The translations under genes and the position numbers were made by a program. This document shows, piece by piece, positions 38,833 through 48,681 of a stretch of 64,000 bases of DNA (within the stretch, counting starts at the first letter, position 1; each line of letters starts with the position of its first letter). The notes beneath the pieces are model-generated. The model was not told where the DNA came from, searched no databases, and saw only the letters and a list, made by a program, of their open reading frames with translations. Source of the stretch: Nannocystis bainbridge (GTDB lineage: Bacteria > Myxococcota_A > Polyangia > Nannocystales > Nannocystaceae); the NCBI RefSeq assembly GCF_028368995.1, contig NZ_JAQNDL010000001.1, positions 896,001-960,000 of the forward strand. The letters run 5' to 3'.

Positions 38833-39990
38833 TCACGCCGACTCCGGCGATTGCGACCAGCCGCCGTCGAGGTAGCCGCGGGCCACGCGGGTGACGAACT
38901 CGTGGACCGCCTGCTCGCGCGGCGCGAACACTCCGGGCCGAAAGCCGCGCGACGACACCCCGCGCTGCACGCTCTCGACCGCGCACCAATCCTGGCGATT
39001 GGTCATGTCCCAAAATTCCGTCGCATACGCGGGCGAGAACGACGGCGCCGCGATCGCCTCCGGGTGGAACAACCACTGACACTCGACGCGGGTGCGGTCC
39101 GGCGCCAGAGCCTCGAGCCGGTGCGTCAGCACGTAATCGGGGTGGAGGCTGATCAGCAGGTTGGCGCCGACCCCGTAATAAAACACGCTGCGTCGCTGCT
39201 CGGCGGACAGTCGCGGCAGCGGCAGGCCGCCGCTCTTGCCGTCGAACGACATCGTCTCGACCCCGGGCATGAGCTGCATCGGCCCGCCGATCCACGCCCC
39301 CGCGCCGGCGAAGTTGCGGCCGCTGGCGGGCGGGCTGACGCGGCACAGCTGCGGGTGGATCTGCGGGCAGTGGTAGCACTCGTGGTAGTTCTCGATCACG
39401 AGCTTCCAGTTGGCCGCCAGCTCGTACGTATGCGTCGCGGCCATCTGCAGCGATTCGAGCGTGTGTGCGGCGGTCAAGGCGTCGAGGTCGCCGAGCCATC
39501 GCTCGAGTGGCTCCGCCGTGCCGGACAGGTTGACGAACACGAACCCGCCCCACAGCGCCACGCGCACCGGCACCAGCCCGCGCGGCTCGGCCTCGCGTCG
39601 CTGGCCTCGCAGCGCCCCGTCGAGCCCGTAGACCCAGCCGTGATACGGGCAGCGGATCTGCCCGCCGTGCACGCACTCGCCGATCTGGACCAGCTCGTGG
39701 GCGCGGTGGCGGCACACGTTGAAGAAGCCGCGGAGCTCGCCGGCCCCGTCGCGCACCAGCAGCACGGCCTCGCGCCCGGCGCGGATCGCCCGCTGCGCGC
39801 CGATCGGCCCCAGCGCCTGAGCCCGGCCGACGCACACCCACGAATCGTCGAGGAACGCGCCGAGCTCCCACCGGTGCACGGCCGGCGACACGTACGCCTC
39901 GCTCGGCAGGCCCTCGCCCTCGCCGAACGGCCGCAGCACCCGCGCCAGCGCGGCGGGATCGACCGGAGCGACGCGCGCGGGAGCGTCCAT
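38833..39990 (-). CDS. Rieske non-heme iron oxygenase alpha subunit (GbcA/choline-monooxygenase-like)
   Basis: NVCRHR...CPYHGW; NWKLVIENYHECYHC..IH; NRQD. Confidence 0.9.
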   Translation of the reverse strand: MDAPARVAPVDPAALARVLRPFGEGEGLPSEAYVSPAVHRWELGAFLDDSWVCVGRAQALGPIGAQRAIRAGREAVLLVRDGAGELRGFFNVCRHRAHELVQIGECVHGGQIRCPYHGWVYGLDGALRGQRREAEPRGLVPVRVALWGGFVFVNLSGTAEPLERWLGDLDALTAAHTLESLQMAATHTYELAANWKLVIENYHECYHCPQIHPQLCRVSPPASGRNFAGAGAWIGGPMQLMPGVETMSFDGKSGGLPLPRLSAEQRRSVFYYGVGANLLISLHPDYVLTHRLEALAPDRTRVECQWLFHPEAIAAPSFSPAYATEFWDMTNRQDWCAVESVQRGVSSRGFRPGVFAPREQAVHEFVTRVARGYLDGGWSQSPESA

Positions 39991-40085
39991 CGCAGCTCAG
40001 GATAGTCGACGTCTTCGCCGCGGTCGAACCGACCTGCGCACTGCGGGCGCGACCGTCACGGCGGGCGATCGGTCCCGCGCCGGCG

Positions 40086-41540
40086 TCAACCTCGCTTGCC
40101 GCCGAAGCGGTGCGCGAACACCCCCGCGATCGCGAAGAACACGGTGTGCTGGTCGCGGGCGAGGCCGGGCCCGCCGTCCATGATCGCCGGGCCGCGGTAG
40201 AAGAACCCGTTCGCGCTGGTCGAGTGGTCGTAGCGATACTCGAGGCGCACGAGCAGGTTGTTGAACACGCGCACGTTGTTGGTGAACGCCGCCGACACCA
40301 GCGTCTGCGGCACGCCGAACATCCGCCCGTCGCGGTCCCAGAAGAACTCGGGCCGCAGCGCCATGTCCCACGTGCGCTGCTTGCCGAGCACGCGCCAGCG
40401 GGTGAACACCGCCCCGTTCATCCACATCTGCCACGGCGACAGCGGCAGGTCGGTGCGTGGGTCGGCGCCGACGTCGAACAGCGCGCCGACGCCGAAGCGC
40501 TCGGTGTTGTAGACCGCCTGCGTGTCCGAGAACAGCCGCCAGGCCCGCGCCCGCATATCGGCCTGCTCGGGCCCGATCCACACGTACTCGCCGAAGTTGA
40601 ACTTCTCGCTCGCGGTGAACGTGTAGCCGAGCATCACGCTCGGCGCCTTGTTGTTGTCGGCCAGCAGCTGCCAGCCGTTGACGATCCACAGCTGCACCTG
40701 ATGGCGATCGCGGATCGTCTGCGCCAGCTTCAGGCCCGAGAGGTAGTACGGCACGCTGTTGAGCTGCCAGGTGACCGTGTAGTTCCAGTTGTAAGGGCTC
40801 CAGTGGACGCCGATGCCGACCGGGCTCAGTTGCAGGCCGACCGTCACCTCGGTGCCGTGACGGGTGCGTAGGCCGATGTTGGCGCGCGACAGGTGCTTCC
40901 ACACCTCGGGCCCGGCGAACTTGCCGTTGGCGCCGCCGGGGTTCGGCTCGTAGGCCACCAGCGCGTCGGCGGCCGGGCCGCCCTGGGCCGCGAACTCGAA
41001 CAGCGGCGAGAACTTGCCGGGGATGGCGTCGCGGCGCACGTACGCGACCGCGTGGTTGAGCGTGAACTCGCCGGTCCGCGGCTGCACGCTGGTGCCGCGA
41101 TACACGTGGTTGTCGGGGTTGTTGCTGTTGTAGCCGTAGTTGACGTCGATGAAGCCGCCGACCTCCCACGGCTTGAAGCCGGGCAGGTGCGGGTCCATGT
41201 GCTCACCGGCCGCCAGCGCCGGGTTGTTGACCGCCGCCGCGTCGGTGCCCGGCAGCGCCTCCTCGACGCGGTCCTCCTCGGCCGGGAGGGTCGCAGGGTT
41301 CACCGGGCGCACGGGCGGCCTCGCGGGTCGCGAGGACGGCACGACGGGTGTCTCGCTCGCCGCGACACCCTTTGACGCCTCGCTCGCCGCGACGGGCCCC
41401 GCCTCGAACGTCGGCTCGGGCACCTCGATCGCCCGCGTCGGCGTCCACGGCGGCAGCGCCAGCGCCCCGCTCGTCGGCTCGCCCGGTGCGGCGAGCACGA
41501 GCGGGACGAGCGAGGCGAGGGCGGAGATCGTCGGGCTCAT
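40086..41540 (-). CDS. Outer-membrane beta-barrel porin (BBP2-like)
   Basis: Signal peptide; GFIDVNYGYN; PYY.SGLK; NGWQ...DNN; RLEYRYD; terminal F. Confidence 0.75.
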   Translation of the reverse strand: MSPTISALASLVPLVLAAPGEPTSGALALPPWTPTRAIEVPEPTFEAGPVAASEASKGVAASETPVVPSSRPARPPVRPVNPATLPAEEDRVEEALPGTDAAAVNNPALAAGEHMDPHLPGFKPWEVGGFIDVNYGYNSNNPDNHVYRGTSVQPRTGEFTLNHAVAYVRRDAIPGKFSPLFEFAAQGGPAADALVAYEPNPGGANGKFAGPEVWKHLSRANIGLRTRHGTEVTVGLQLSPVGIGVHWSPYNWNYTVTWQLNSVPYYLSGLKLAQTIRDRHQVQLWIVNGWQLLADNNKAPSVMLGYTFTASEKFNFGEYVWIGPEQADMRARAWRLFSDTQAVYNTERFGVGALFDVGADPRTDLPLSPWQMWMNGAVFTRWRVLGKQRTWDMALRPEFFWDRDGRMFGVPQTLVSAAFTNNVRVFNNLLVRLEYRYDHSTSANGFFYRGPAIMDGGPGLARDQHTVFFAIAGVFAHRFGGKRG

Positions 41541-41703
41541 GGCGGTCGCCGCCGCATTGTGCGGCCAGATCTCGCTCGAACGCCAATTCGTCGCCGACCG
41601 GGCCAGGCGCGCGCCTCTCGAGGCTTCGCGCGCCGGATCGCCCGCCGTCAGTCCGCGCGCCGCGCGAACCGCCGCCGGCTTTCACATGTCCCGAAGGACA
41701 GGT

Positions 41704-42801
41704 TCAAGCGAGCACGGGCAAGTGCATCGCCCCGCCCCGCCGCTCGACGCGGGGGGCCATCTCCGGGCGCGGCGGCGGGGCCTCGCCGGTGGCGCACACG
41801 CGGCCGTGCAGGCCCAGCTGCTCGAGCATGTCGAGGTCGTCCTGGGTCGAGCGATTGGGCGTCGTCAGGAAGTCGCCGATCATCATGCCCGACGCCCCGG
41901 CGGCGAAGATCATCGGCTGCAGCTGCCCCAGGTGCTGGCGGCCGGCGGCGATGAAGATGTTGGGGCGCGGCAGGGCCAGGCGGAAGCAGGCGATGATGCG
42001 CAGCATCTCGCGCGGCGGCAGCGGGTCGACGTGCTGGAGGTTCGTGCCCTCGATGCTGACGAGGAAGTTGATCGGCACCTCGTCGACGTCGAGGCCGCGC
42101 AGCTCGAGCGCCAGCTCGGCGCGGTGCTCGGGCTGCTCGCCCATGCCGAAGATCCCGCCGACGCAGGTGCGCAGCCCGAGCTCCTTGGCCGCGCGGATCG
42201 TAGCGAGGCGATCGTCGTAGGTGTGGGTGGTGACGATCTGCTCGTAGTAGCTGCGGCCCGACTCGAGGTTGTGGTTGAACTCGGTCATGCCGGCGTCGCG
42301 CAGCTCGCGGAGCGCCTCTTTGCTGACGATCCCGAGCGACGCGTGAGCCTCGGTGTGGCCGGCGGCGCGGACCTGGCGGATGCCCTCGACCATGTGCTTG
42401 AGGCCCTTGGAGCCGTCGGCGTAGCCGCGCGTGGCCGTCACCAGCCCGAGCGCCGTCGCGCCCTGGCCCTGAGCCTTGCGGCTGGCGGTGACCATGTCGG
42501 CGTGATCGAGGAACTTGTCGGCCTTGATGTGGGTGGTGAAGTGCTTCGACTGCGCACAGAAGCCGCAGTCCTCGGGGCACCCGCCCATCTTGGCGTTGAC
42601 GATCGAGCACAGGTGGACCTCGTCGCCGAAGCGAGCGCGGCGCAGGCGATCCGCGGCCCCCATCAGATCGCCCAGCTCGCCCTCGCCGCGCAGGTAGCGG
42701 ACCAGGGTCGCCCCGTCGAGCGCATCCCACTCGCCGCCGAGGATCCGTTCGGCGATGGCGTGCGGAGCGGGGAGTGCGGGGCGGCCGTCGGTGCTCGTCA
42801 T
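41704..42801 (-). CDS. bioB: Biotin synthase
   Basis: CPEDCGFCAQS; NHNLES; TTHTYDDR; GGIFGMGE; VPINFL; AGR; GDFLTT. Confidence 0.88.
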   Translation of the reverse strand: MTSTDGRPALPAPHAIAERILGGEWDALDGATLVRYLRGEGELGDLMGAADRLRRARFGDEVHLCSIVNAKMGGCPEDCGFCAQSKHFTTHIKADKFLDHADMVTASRKAQGQGATALGLVTATRGYADGSKGLKHMVEGIRQVRAAGHTEAHASLGIVSKEALRELRDAGMTEFNHNLESGRSYYEQIVTTHTYDDRLATIRAAKELGLRTCVGGIFGMGEQPEHRAELALELRGLDVDEVPINFLVSIEGTNLQHVDPLPPREMLRIIACFRLALPRPNIFIAAGRQHLGQLQPMIFAAGASGMMIGDFLTTPNRSTQDDLDMLEQLGLHGRVCATGEAPPPRPEMAPRVERRGGAMHLPVLA

Positions 42802-43033
42802 GCGGCGAGGTATACCGCAAGCACGTGCGCCAGGGACCGGCTGTGCGCCTGTCGTGCGCGCTCGCCCGTCCGCCGCATCTCCCGCGCTCCATCCCCCCGT
42901 GGTCCGCGAGTGAGGTTTGCCGTGCACCGCCCTTCGCGTCCCCGCGCGCGTGCGCGGCGGGCTCGACGGATCTCGCGCTTTCACCGCTCCGTCGCCGGTG
43001 GTAACCTCCCCGCGCCCGCGAGAAGGCTCGCCC

Positions 43034-44140
43034 ATGAATCAATCAGAAGCCGCACCAGACCCCGCCCCGCAAGGCGACACGGACAACGCCGTGGACGCCG
43101 CCTACGAGGCCAAGCTCCGCGCCGACTACGACGGCCAGAGCCGCGACGACGTCCTGCGAGACTACCGCGAGATGCTGCGGATCCGCCGCTTCGAGGAGGC
43201 GGCCGCTCGCGCCTACACGCGCGGCAAGATCAGCGGCTTCCTCCACCTCTACATCGGTCAGGAGGCGATCGCCATCGCCACCCAACAGGTGATGGAGCCC
43301 GGCGATCGCGTCGTCTCGACCTACCGCACCCACGGCTTCGCCATCGCCCTCGGCTCCGATCCCAAGGCGTGCGCCGCCGAGCTGTTCGGCAAGGCCGCGG
43401 GCCTGGTCGGCGGCGTCGGCGGGTCGATGCACTTCTTCGACAAGGCGCGCGGGCTGTGGGGCGGCTACGCGATCGTCGGCAACCACATCCCGGTCGCCGC
43501 CGGCCACGCGTTCGCCTCGCAGTACACCGGCGACGGCCGCGTGACCCTCTGCTTCATGGGCGACGGCGCCGTCGGCATCGGCCCGGTGCACGAGGGCATG
43601 ACGATGGCCGGCATCATGAAGCTGCCGATCGTCTTCGTGGTCGAGAACAACCAGTACTCGATGGGCACCCCGCTCAAGCGCACCCTGCCGGTCGAGGACA
43701 TCACGGCGCGCGCAGCCGGCTACGGGTTCGCCAGCGACCGCTTCCACGTCACCTCCGTGCAGGAGACCCGGCGCCGCCTCGGCGAGGCCGTCGAGCGCGC
43801 GCGCAAGGACGGCAAGCCGACGCTCGTCGAGCTCATCACCTACCGGTTCCGCGGCCACAGCATGAGCGACCCGGCCAAGTACCGGCAGAAGGAAGAGGTC
43901 GATCGCTGGCGGCTCAACGATCCGCTCGAGCGGACGCTGATGGCGCTCAAGCTGATCCACAAGGTCCCCGAGGCCGAGCTCGACGCCGACGACGAGACGA
44001 TCGTCGCCGAGATGGACGCCGCCTACGAGTTCGCCGACAAGGCCCCCGTGCCCCAGCCCGCGGCGCGGTTCGACAACGTGATGGCCGAGGGCCCTTATTA
44101 CGGCGACAGCGCGACGACGCGGCCGGCGGGAGTGGAGTAA
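43034..44140 (+). CDS. pdhA: Pyruvate dehydrogenase E1 alpha
   Basis: GFLHLYIGQEA, GGSMH, GDGA...ENN, TYRFRGHSMSDP. Confidence 0.95.
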   Translation: MNQSEAAPDPAPQGDTDNAVDAAYEAKLRADYDGQSRDDVLRDYREMLRIRRFEEAAARAYTRGKISGFLHLYIGQEAIAIATQQVMEPGDRVVSTYRTHGFAIALGSDPKACAAELFGKAAGLVGGVGGSMHFFDKARGLWGGYAIVGNHIPVAAGHAFASQYTGDGRVTLCFMGDGAVGIGPVHEGMTMAGIMKLPIVFVVENNQYSMGTPLKRTLPVEDITARAAGYGFASDRFHVTSVQETRRRLGEAVERARKDGKPTLVELITYRFRGHSMSDPAKYRQKEEVDRWRLNDPLERTLMALKLIHKVPEAELDADDETIVAEMDAAYEFADKAPVPQPAARFDNVMAEGPYYGDSATTRPAGVE

Positions 44141-44144
44141 GACC

Positions 44145-45125
44145 ATGCCGATTCTGCAGATCCGCCAGGCGATCCGCGACGCGATGAAGGAAGAGATGGA
44201 GCGCGACGAGCGCGTCTTCCTCATGGGCGAAGAGGTCGGCTACTACAACGGCGCTTACAAGTGCAGCGAGGGCCTGCTCGACCAGTTCGGGGCCAAGCGC
44301 GTGATCGACACCCCGATCACCGAGACCGGCTTCGCCGGCATCGGCATCGGCGCCGCGATGTGCGGCCTGCGGCCGATCATCGAGTTCATGACCTTCAACT
44401 TCTCGGCGGTCGCGTTCGACCAGATCTTGAACAACGCCGCCAAGCTGCGCCACATGACGCACGGCCAGTTCGGCGTGCCGATGGTGTTCCGCGGGCCCAA
44501 CGGGGCCGCGCACATGCTCGGCTCGACGCATAGCCAGGCCTTCGAGCACTTCTACGCCCACATCCCCGGGCTCAAGGTGGTCGCGGTCGCCACGCCCTAC
44601 GACGCCAAGGGCCTGCTCAAGACGGCGATCCGCGACGAGAACCCGGTGCTCTTCCTCGAGAGCGAGCTGATGTACTCGGTCAAGGGCGAGGTGCCCGAGG
44701 AGGAGTACCTCATCCCGTTCGGCCAGGCCGACATCAAGCGCCCCGGCGACGCGGTCACCGTGATCACGTGGGGCCAGGGCGTGCCGGTCGCGCTCAAGGC
44801 CGCCGACCTCGCGGCCGCCGAGGACATCTCGTGCGAGGTCATCGACCTGCGCTCGCTGCGGCCGATGGACGAGGCCGCGATCATCAAGTCGGTCAAGAAG
44901 ACCAACCGCGCGGTCATCGTCTACCACGGCTGGCCCAACGGCGGCGTCGGCGGCGACATCATCGCCCGCATCCAGGAGCTCGCGTTCGACGACCTCGACG
45001 CCCCGGTCCTGCGCGTCTGCTACGAGGACCTGCCGATGCCGTACGCCGAGAACCTCGAGAACCTGATCCTCCCCTCGCCGGAGCGCGCCCTCGAGGCCGT
45101 CCGACGCGTCGCCTACAAGCGCTGA
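44145..45125 (+). CDS. pdhB: Pyruvate dehydrogenase E1 beta
   Basis: GEEVG, DTPITE, EFMTFNF, FRGPNG, HSQ, IDLRSLRP. Confidence 0.95.
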   Translation: MPILQIRQAIRDAMKEEMERDERVFLMGEEVGYYNGAYKCSEGLLDQFGAKRVIDTPITETGFAGIGIGAAMCGLRPIIEFMTFNFSAVAFDQILNNAAKLRHMTHGQFGVPMVFRGPNGAAHMLGSTHSQAFEHFYAHIPGLKVVAVATPYDAKGLLKTAIRDENPVLFLESELMYSVKGEVPEEEYLIPFGQADIKRPGDAVTVITWGQGVPVALKAADLAAAEDISCEVIDLRSLRPMDEAAIIKSVKKTNRAVIVYHGWPNGGVGGDIIARIQELAFDDLDAPVLRVCYEDLPMPYAENLENLILPSPERALEAVRRVAYKR

Positions 45126-45152
45126 GCGCACCTGGTCAAGGAGACAGACCCC

Positions 45153-46631
45153 ATGGCAACCGTGGTCACACTTCCCCGCCTCAGCGACACGATGGAAGAG
45201 GGCGTGATCGCCAAGTGGCGCATCAAGGTCGGCGACAAGGTCAAACGCGGCCAGGTCATCGCCGACATCGAGACCGACAAGGCGACGATGGAGTTCGAGT
45301 CCTTCGACGCCGGCACCGTCCTCAAGCTGGTCGCCCCCGAGGGCGAGGCGCTGCCCGTCGGCGCCACGATCGCCGTGTTCGGCCAGCCGGGCGAGAACCC
45401 CGACGCCGTCGACGGCGGCGCGAAGCCCAAGCCCGCCGACAAGCCCGCGACCGACAAGCCCGCGACCGACAAGCCGGCGACCGACAAGCCCGCCGACGAA
45501 GCGTCGGAGTCCGACGCCGACGAGGAGGCCGACGAGAAGCCGGCCAAGGCCTCGGCCAAGCCGGTCGCGCCCAAGCCCCAGCCCGAGAGCGTGGCCGAGG
45601 TGAAGCACGCCGAGGCCGTCAACGAGGCCTCGGCCGCCGGCGGCGATTCACCTGCCCCGAAGGCCACGTCCCAGGGGACAGGTCCCGAAGGACAGGCCGA
45701 TCGCGGCCGGATCCCCGCCTCGCCGCTGGCCCGCCGCCTGGCCCGCGAGCACGACCTCGAGCTGGGCCAGATCCAGGGCTCCGGCCCGCACGGCCGGATC
45801 GTCAAGGCCGACGTCGAGCAGGCGATCGCCAAGGGCCCGACCCGCGCGGCCGCGGCGACCGGTACTTCGGCACATGTCCCTTCGGCCAGCCAGCCGGCCG
45901 GCAGCCCCGCGGCCGACGTCGACGAGCACGGGCGGCCGTACATCAGCCGGCCCGACCGCTCGGTCAAGCTGTCGCAGATGCGCAAGGCGATCGCCAAGCG
46001 CATGGGCCAGGCGAAGCGGGAGATCCCGCATATCTACCTGACGATGCCGATCGTCATGGACCGGGCGGTCGCGCTGCGGGCCGAGTTCAACCTCTCGGTC
46101 GACGGCACCAAGGCCAGCCTCAACGACCTGGTGATCCTCGCGGCCGCCCGCGCGCTGCGCAAGCACCCGCGGGTCAACGCCCACTTCACCGACAACGGCA
46201 TCGTCGAGCGCGGCGATGTCCACGTCGGCGTGGCGGTCGCGCTCGACGACGGCCTCATCGTCCCGCCGGTCCGCTTCGCCGACCAGAAGACGCTCAAGCA
46301 GGTCTCGATCGACGTCCGCGACCTCGGCACCCGCGCCAAGGAGAAGACGCTGAAGCCGGAGGAGATGACCGGCAGCACCTTCACGGTGTCGAACCTCGGC
46401 ATGTTCGGCATCGAGGAGTTCTGCGCGATCGTCAACCCGGGCGAGGCCGCGATCCTGGCCGTCGGCGCGGTCCAGGACGAGGCCGTGGTCGAGGACGGCA
46501 AGATCGTCGCCCGCAAGCGCATGCGCGTGACGCTGTGCAGCGACCACCGCGTGTTCGACGGCGCCGAGTCGGCCAAGTACCTGCAGACCCTGCGCAAGCT
46601 GCTCGAGAGCCCGCTCTCGCTGCTGACCTGA
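45153..46631 (+). CDS. pdhC: Dihydrolipoamide acetyltransferase (E2)
   Basis: Lipoyl ETDKA; E3-binding ASPLARRLA..GSGPHGRI; catalytic DHRVFDG. Confidence 0.95.
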   Translation: MATVVTLPRLSDTMEEGVIAKWRIKVGDKVKRGQVIADIETDKATMEFESFDAGTVLKLVAPEGEALPVGATIAVFGQPGENPDAVDGGAKPKPADKPATDKPATDKPATDKPADEASESDADEEADEKPAKASAKPVAPKPQPESVAEVKHAEAVNEASAAGGDSPAPKATSQGTGPEGQADRGRIPASPLARRLAREHDLELGQIQGSGPHGRIVKADVEQAIAKGPTRAAAATGTSAHVPSASQPAGSPAADVDEHGRPYISRPDRSVKLSQMRKAIAKRMGQAKREIPHIYLTMPIVMDRAVALRAEFNLSVDGTKASLNDLVILAAARALRKHPRVNAHFTDNGIVERGDVHVGVAVALDDGLIVPPVRFADQKTLKQVSIDVRDLGTRAKEKTLKPEEMTGSTFTVSNLGMFGIEEFCAIVNPGEAAILAVGAVQDEAVVEDGKIVARKRMRVTLCSDHRVFDGAESAKYLQTLRKLLESPLSLLT

Positions 46632-46644
46632 AGGACAGGTCGCC

Positions 46645-47496
46645 GTGGAGCCGCCCCGCCGCGCCCGCGTGACCCGCAGCGAGGCGGGCGGCTCACGCTG
46701 GGAGGTCGCCACCCGCGAGCTCCCGGCGGGCCTGCGGCCGCACGTGCGCGAGCTGCTCGGCTACGGCGAGGCGTCGGTGCTGCCGCGCGTGCAGCGGCAG
46801 TTCCCGCTGCCGCAGGTCGTCGTCATCATCGAGTTCGGCCCACCGATCCGCGTCCACGACGGCGCCGGGGTGCCGTCGCGCTACGCCGGCGGGTTCGTGG
46901 CCGGCCTCTCCGACGCCTGGAGCGACACCGGCCACGACGGGGCGCAGGCGGGCATGCAGCTCAACCTGACGCCGATCGGCGCGCGCCTGGTGTTCGGCGT
47001 GGCGCTGTCCGAGCTGACCGGCCACATCGTGCACCTCGACGACCTGCTGCCACCCACGCACCGGGGCCTGGCCGCGCGTCTGGCCGCGTGCGCCGACTGG
47101 GATGACCGTTTCGACATGGTCGAAAGTTTCATCGCCGCGCGCCTGGCCGCCGCCCGCGTCGCGGTCGACACCGTCGCCTGGGCCTGCCAGCGCATCGAGG
47201 CCAGCGCCGGCGCCGTCGACATCGGCCGCCTCGCCGGCGAGCTCGGCTACAGCAGCAAGCACCTGGTCGCCCTGTTCCGCGACCGCGTCGGCGTGCCGCC
47301 CAAGCTGCTGGCGCGGCTGGTCCGCTTCGACCGCCTGATCCACCGCCTCAAGACCGGTCCGGCGAGCACCTGGGCCGCCCTGGCGGCCGAATTCGGGTTC
47401 GCCGACCAGGCCCACCTGACCCGCGAGGTCCGCGGCTTCACCGGCGTCACCCCGACCGGGGTCCGGGCCCTGCTCGGCGAGCTCGTGATCGCCTGA
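46645..47496 (+). CDS. AraC-family regulator
   Basis: C-terminal dual HTH LA.ELGYS.KHL...F...VG.PPK, GFADQAHL.RE. Confidence 0.9.
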   Translation: MEPPRRARVTRSEAGGSRWEVATRELPAGLRPHVRELLGYGEASVLPRVQRQFPLPQVVVIIEFGPPIRVHDGAGVPSRYAGGFVAGLSDAWSDTGHDGAQAGMQLNLTPIGARLVFGVALSELTGHIVHLDDLLPPTHRGLAARLAACADWDDRFDMVESFIAARLAAARVAVDTVAWACQRIEASAGAVDIGRLAGELGYSSKHLVALFRDRVGVPPKLLARLVRFDRLIHRLKTGPASTWAALAAEFGFADQAHLTREVRGFTGVTPTGVRALLGELVIA

Positions 47497-47511
47497 GCCC
47501 GCTGCCTCGCA

Positions 47512-47554
47512 GGTAAAATTTGTTCAAGACCGGGCCCGCGCGGCCGCCTAGCCT
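47512..47554 (+). promoter_or_regulatory. Candidate promoter/AraC site for the VOC gene
   Basis: AT-rich GGTAAAATTTGTTCAAGAC followed by TAGCCT, directly between the AraC and VOC genes. Confidence 0.4.
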
Positions 47555-47574
47555 TCGCGGGCAAGGAGCGACCC

Positions 47575-48042
47575 ATGACCGTCAAGCCCAGCCCCATCCC
47601 CCCTGGCCCGCGCCTGATCCCCACCCTCGTCGTCGCCGACGCCGGCGCCGCCCTCGATTTCTACGTCAAGGCCTTCGGCGCCGAGGAGATCTTGCGCCTG
47701 CACGGACCCGGCGGCCGGGTCGAGCACGCCGAATTTTCGCTGTTCGGCGGGGTGGTCTACCTCGGGAGTGAGTGGCCCTCGCTAGGCTTCCGTCCCCCCA
47801 CCCCTGGCCACACCGCCGCCACCGTCGTCCTCAACGTCGAGGATGTCGACGCCTTCGCGGCGCGCGCCGTCGCGGCCGGGGCCACGCTCGAGCGGCCGGT
47901 CGCCGACGAGTTCTACGGCGACCGGGTCGCCCGCCTGCGCGACCCGTTCGGCCACGCCTGGGCCGCGCACGCCCGGGTCGAGGAGGTCGCGCTGCCCGAG
48001 ATGCAGCGGCGGCTGGACGCCCTGTACGCCCAGCCCTCGTGA
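47575..48042 (+). CDS. VOC/glyoxalase (PhnB-like) protein
   Basis: ALDFY.KAFGA; HAE; DVDA...RAV.AGA; FYGDR...DPFGH.W. Confidence 0.9.
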   Translation: MTVKPSPIPPGPRLIPTLVVADAGAALDFYVKAFGAEEILRLHGPGGRVEHAEFSLFGGVVYLGSEWPSLGFRPPTPGHTAATVVLNVEDVDAFAARAVAAGATLERPVADEFYGDRVARLRDPFGHAWAAHARVEEVALPEMQRRLDALYAQPS

Positions 48043-48120
48043 GCGCGAGAGCGCCGGCGCGCCGGCGCGCGCACGCCGGAGATTGTCGCCGCGCGCCGCC
48101 TCCGGCATCCTCAGACGACC

Positions 48121-48681
48121 TTGGCACTGTCCGACGCGCCGTCTCACGAACTCAGTGAATTGCACGACCTGGTCGAGAAGGCGCTGCGCGCCGCGCAGGC
48201 CCACCCGACCGCCGAGGCGAGCCGCAAGGAGCGTCACAAGGCTCGCTCCCGCCACTTCGTGCTCGCCCTCGCCGACGCGTTCCGCGAGCACGAGGGCGGC
48301 GATGTCGACGCCATGAGCCGCTACCACGACGACGTCCGCCCGCACATCGGCCAGGGCGAATTGCTGCACGACGTCACCATCACCCGCAGCGTGCAGATCG
48401 GCGAGCACTGGTACATCACCGAGGTGCTGTGGCAGGTCGAGTCGGAGCTCTCGCTCGATACCAGCGAGGCGGTCCACGACTTCAACAAGCTGGTCCTCGG
48501 CTCGGCGCATCACAAGCTGTTCGTCGCCGCGATGGTCCCCGAGCCCGAGAACCTGCTGCGCACGCTCGAGCCCGCGGCCGCGCGCTGCACCGGCCGCGTG
48601 TTCCTGGCCCTGATCCCGCACCCCGACCACTGGGACGGCGACACCGCGGGCGGCGTGCGGACCTGGCAGTTCCGCCGCTGA
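48121..48681 (+). CDS. Hypothetical protein, possible PD-(D/E)XK nuclease fold
   Basis: LLHDV...LWQVESE...DFNKLV...KLFV. Confidence 0.6.
   Translation: MALSDAPSHELSELHDLVEKALRAAQAHPTAEASRKERHKARSRHFVLALADAFREHEGGDVDAMSRYHDDVRPHIGQGELLHDVTITRSVQIGEHWYITEVLWQVESELSLDTSEAVHDFNKLVLGSAHHKLFVAAMVPEPENLLRTLEPAAARCTGRVFLALIPHPDHWDGDTAGGVRTWQFRR

Noticed and set aside
45433-45498. KPATD peptide repeats in pdhC
   Set aside because: Ordinary low-complexity E2 linker expansion.
43034-46631. pdhABC lacking lpdA
   Set aside because: E3 is commonly encoded elsewhere and shared between complexes.
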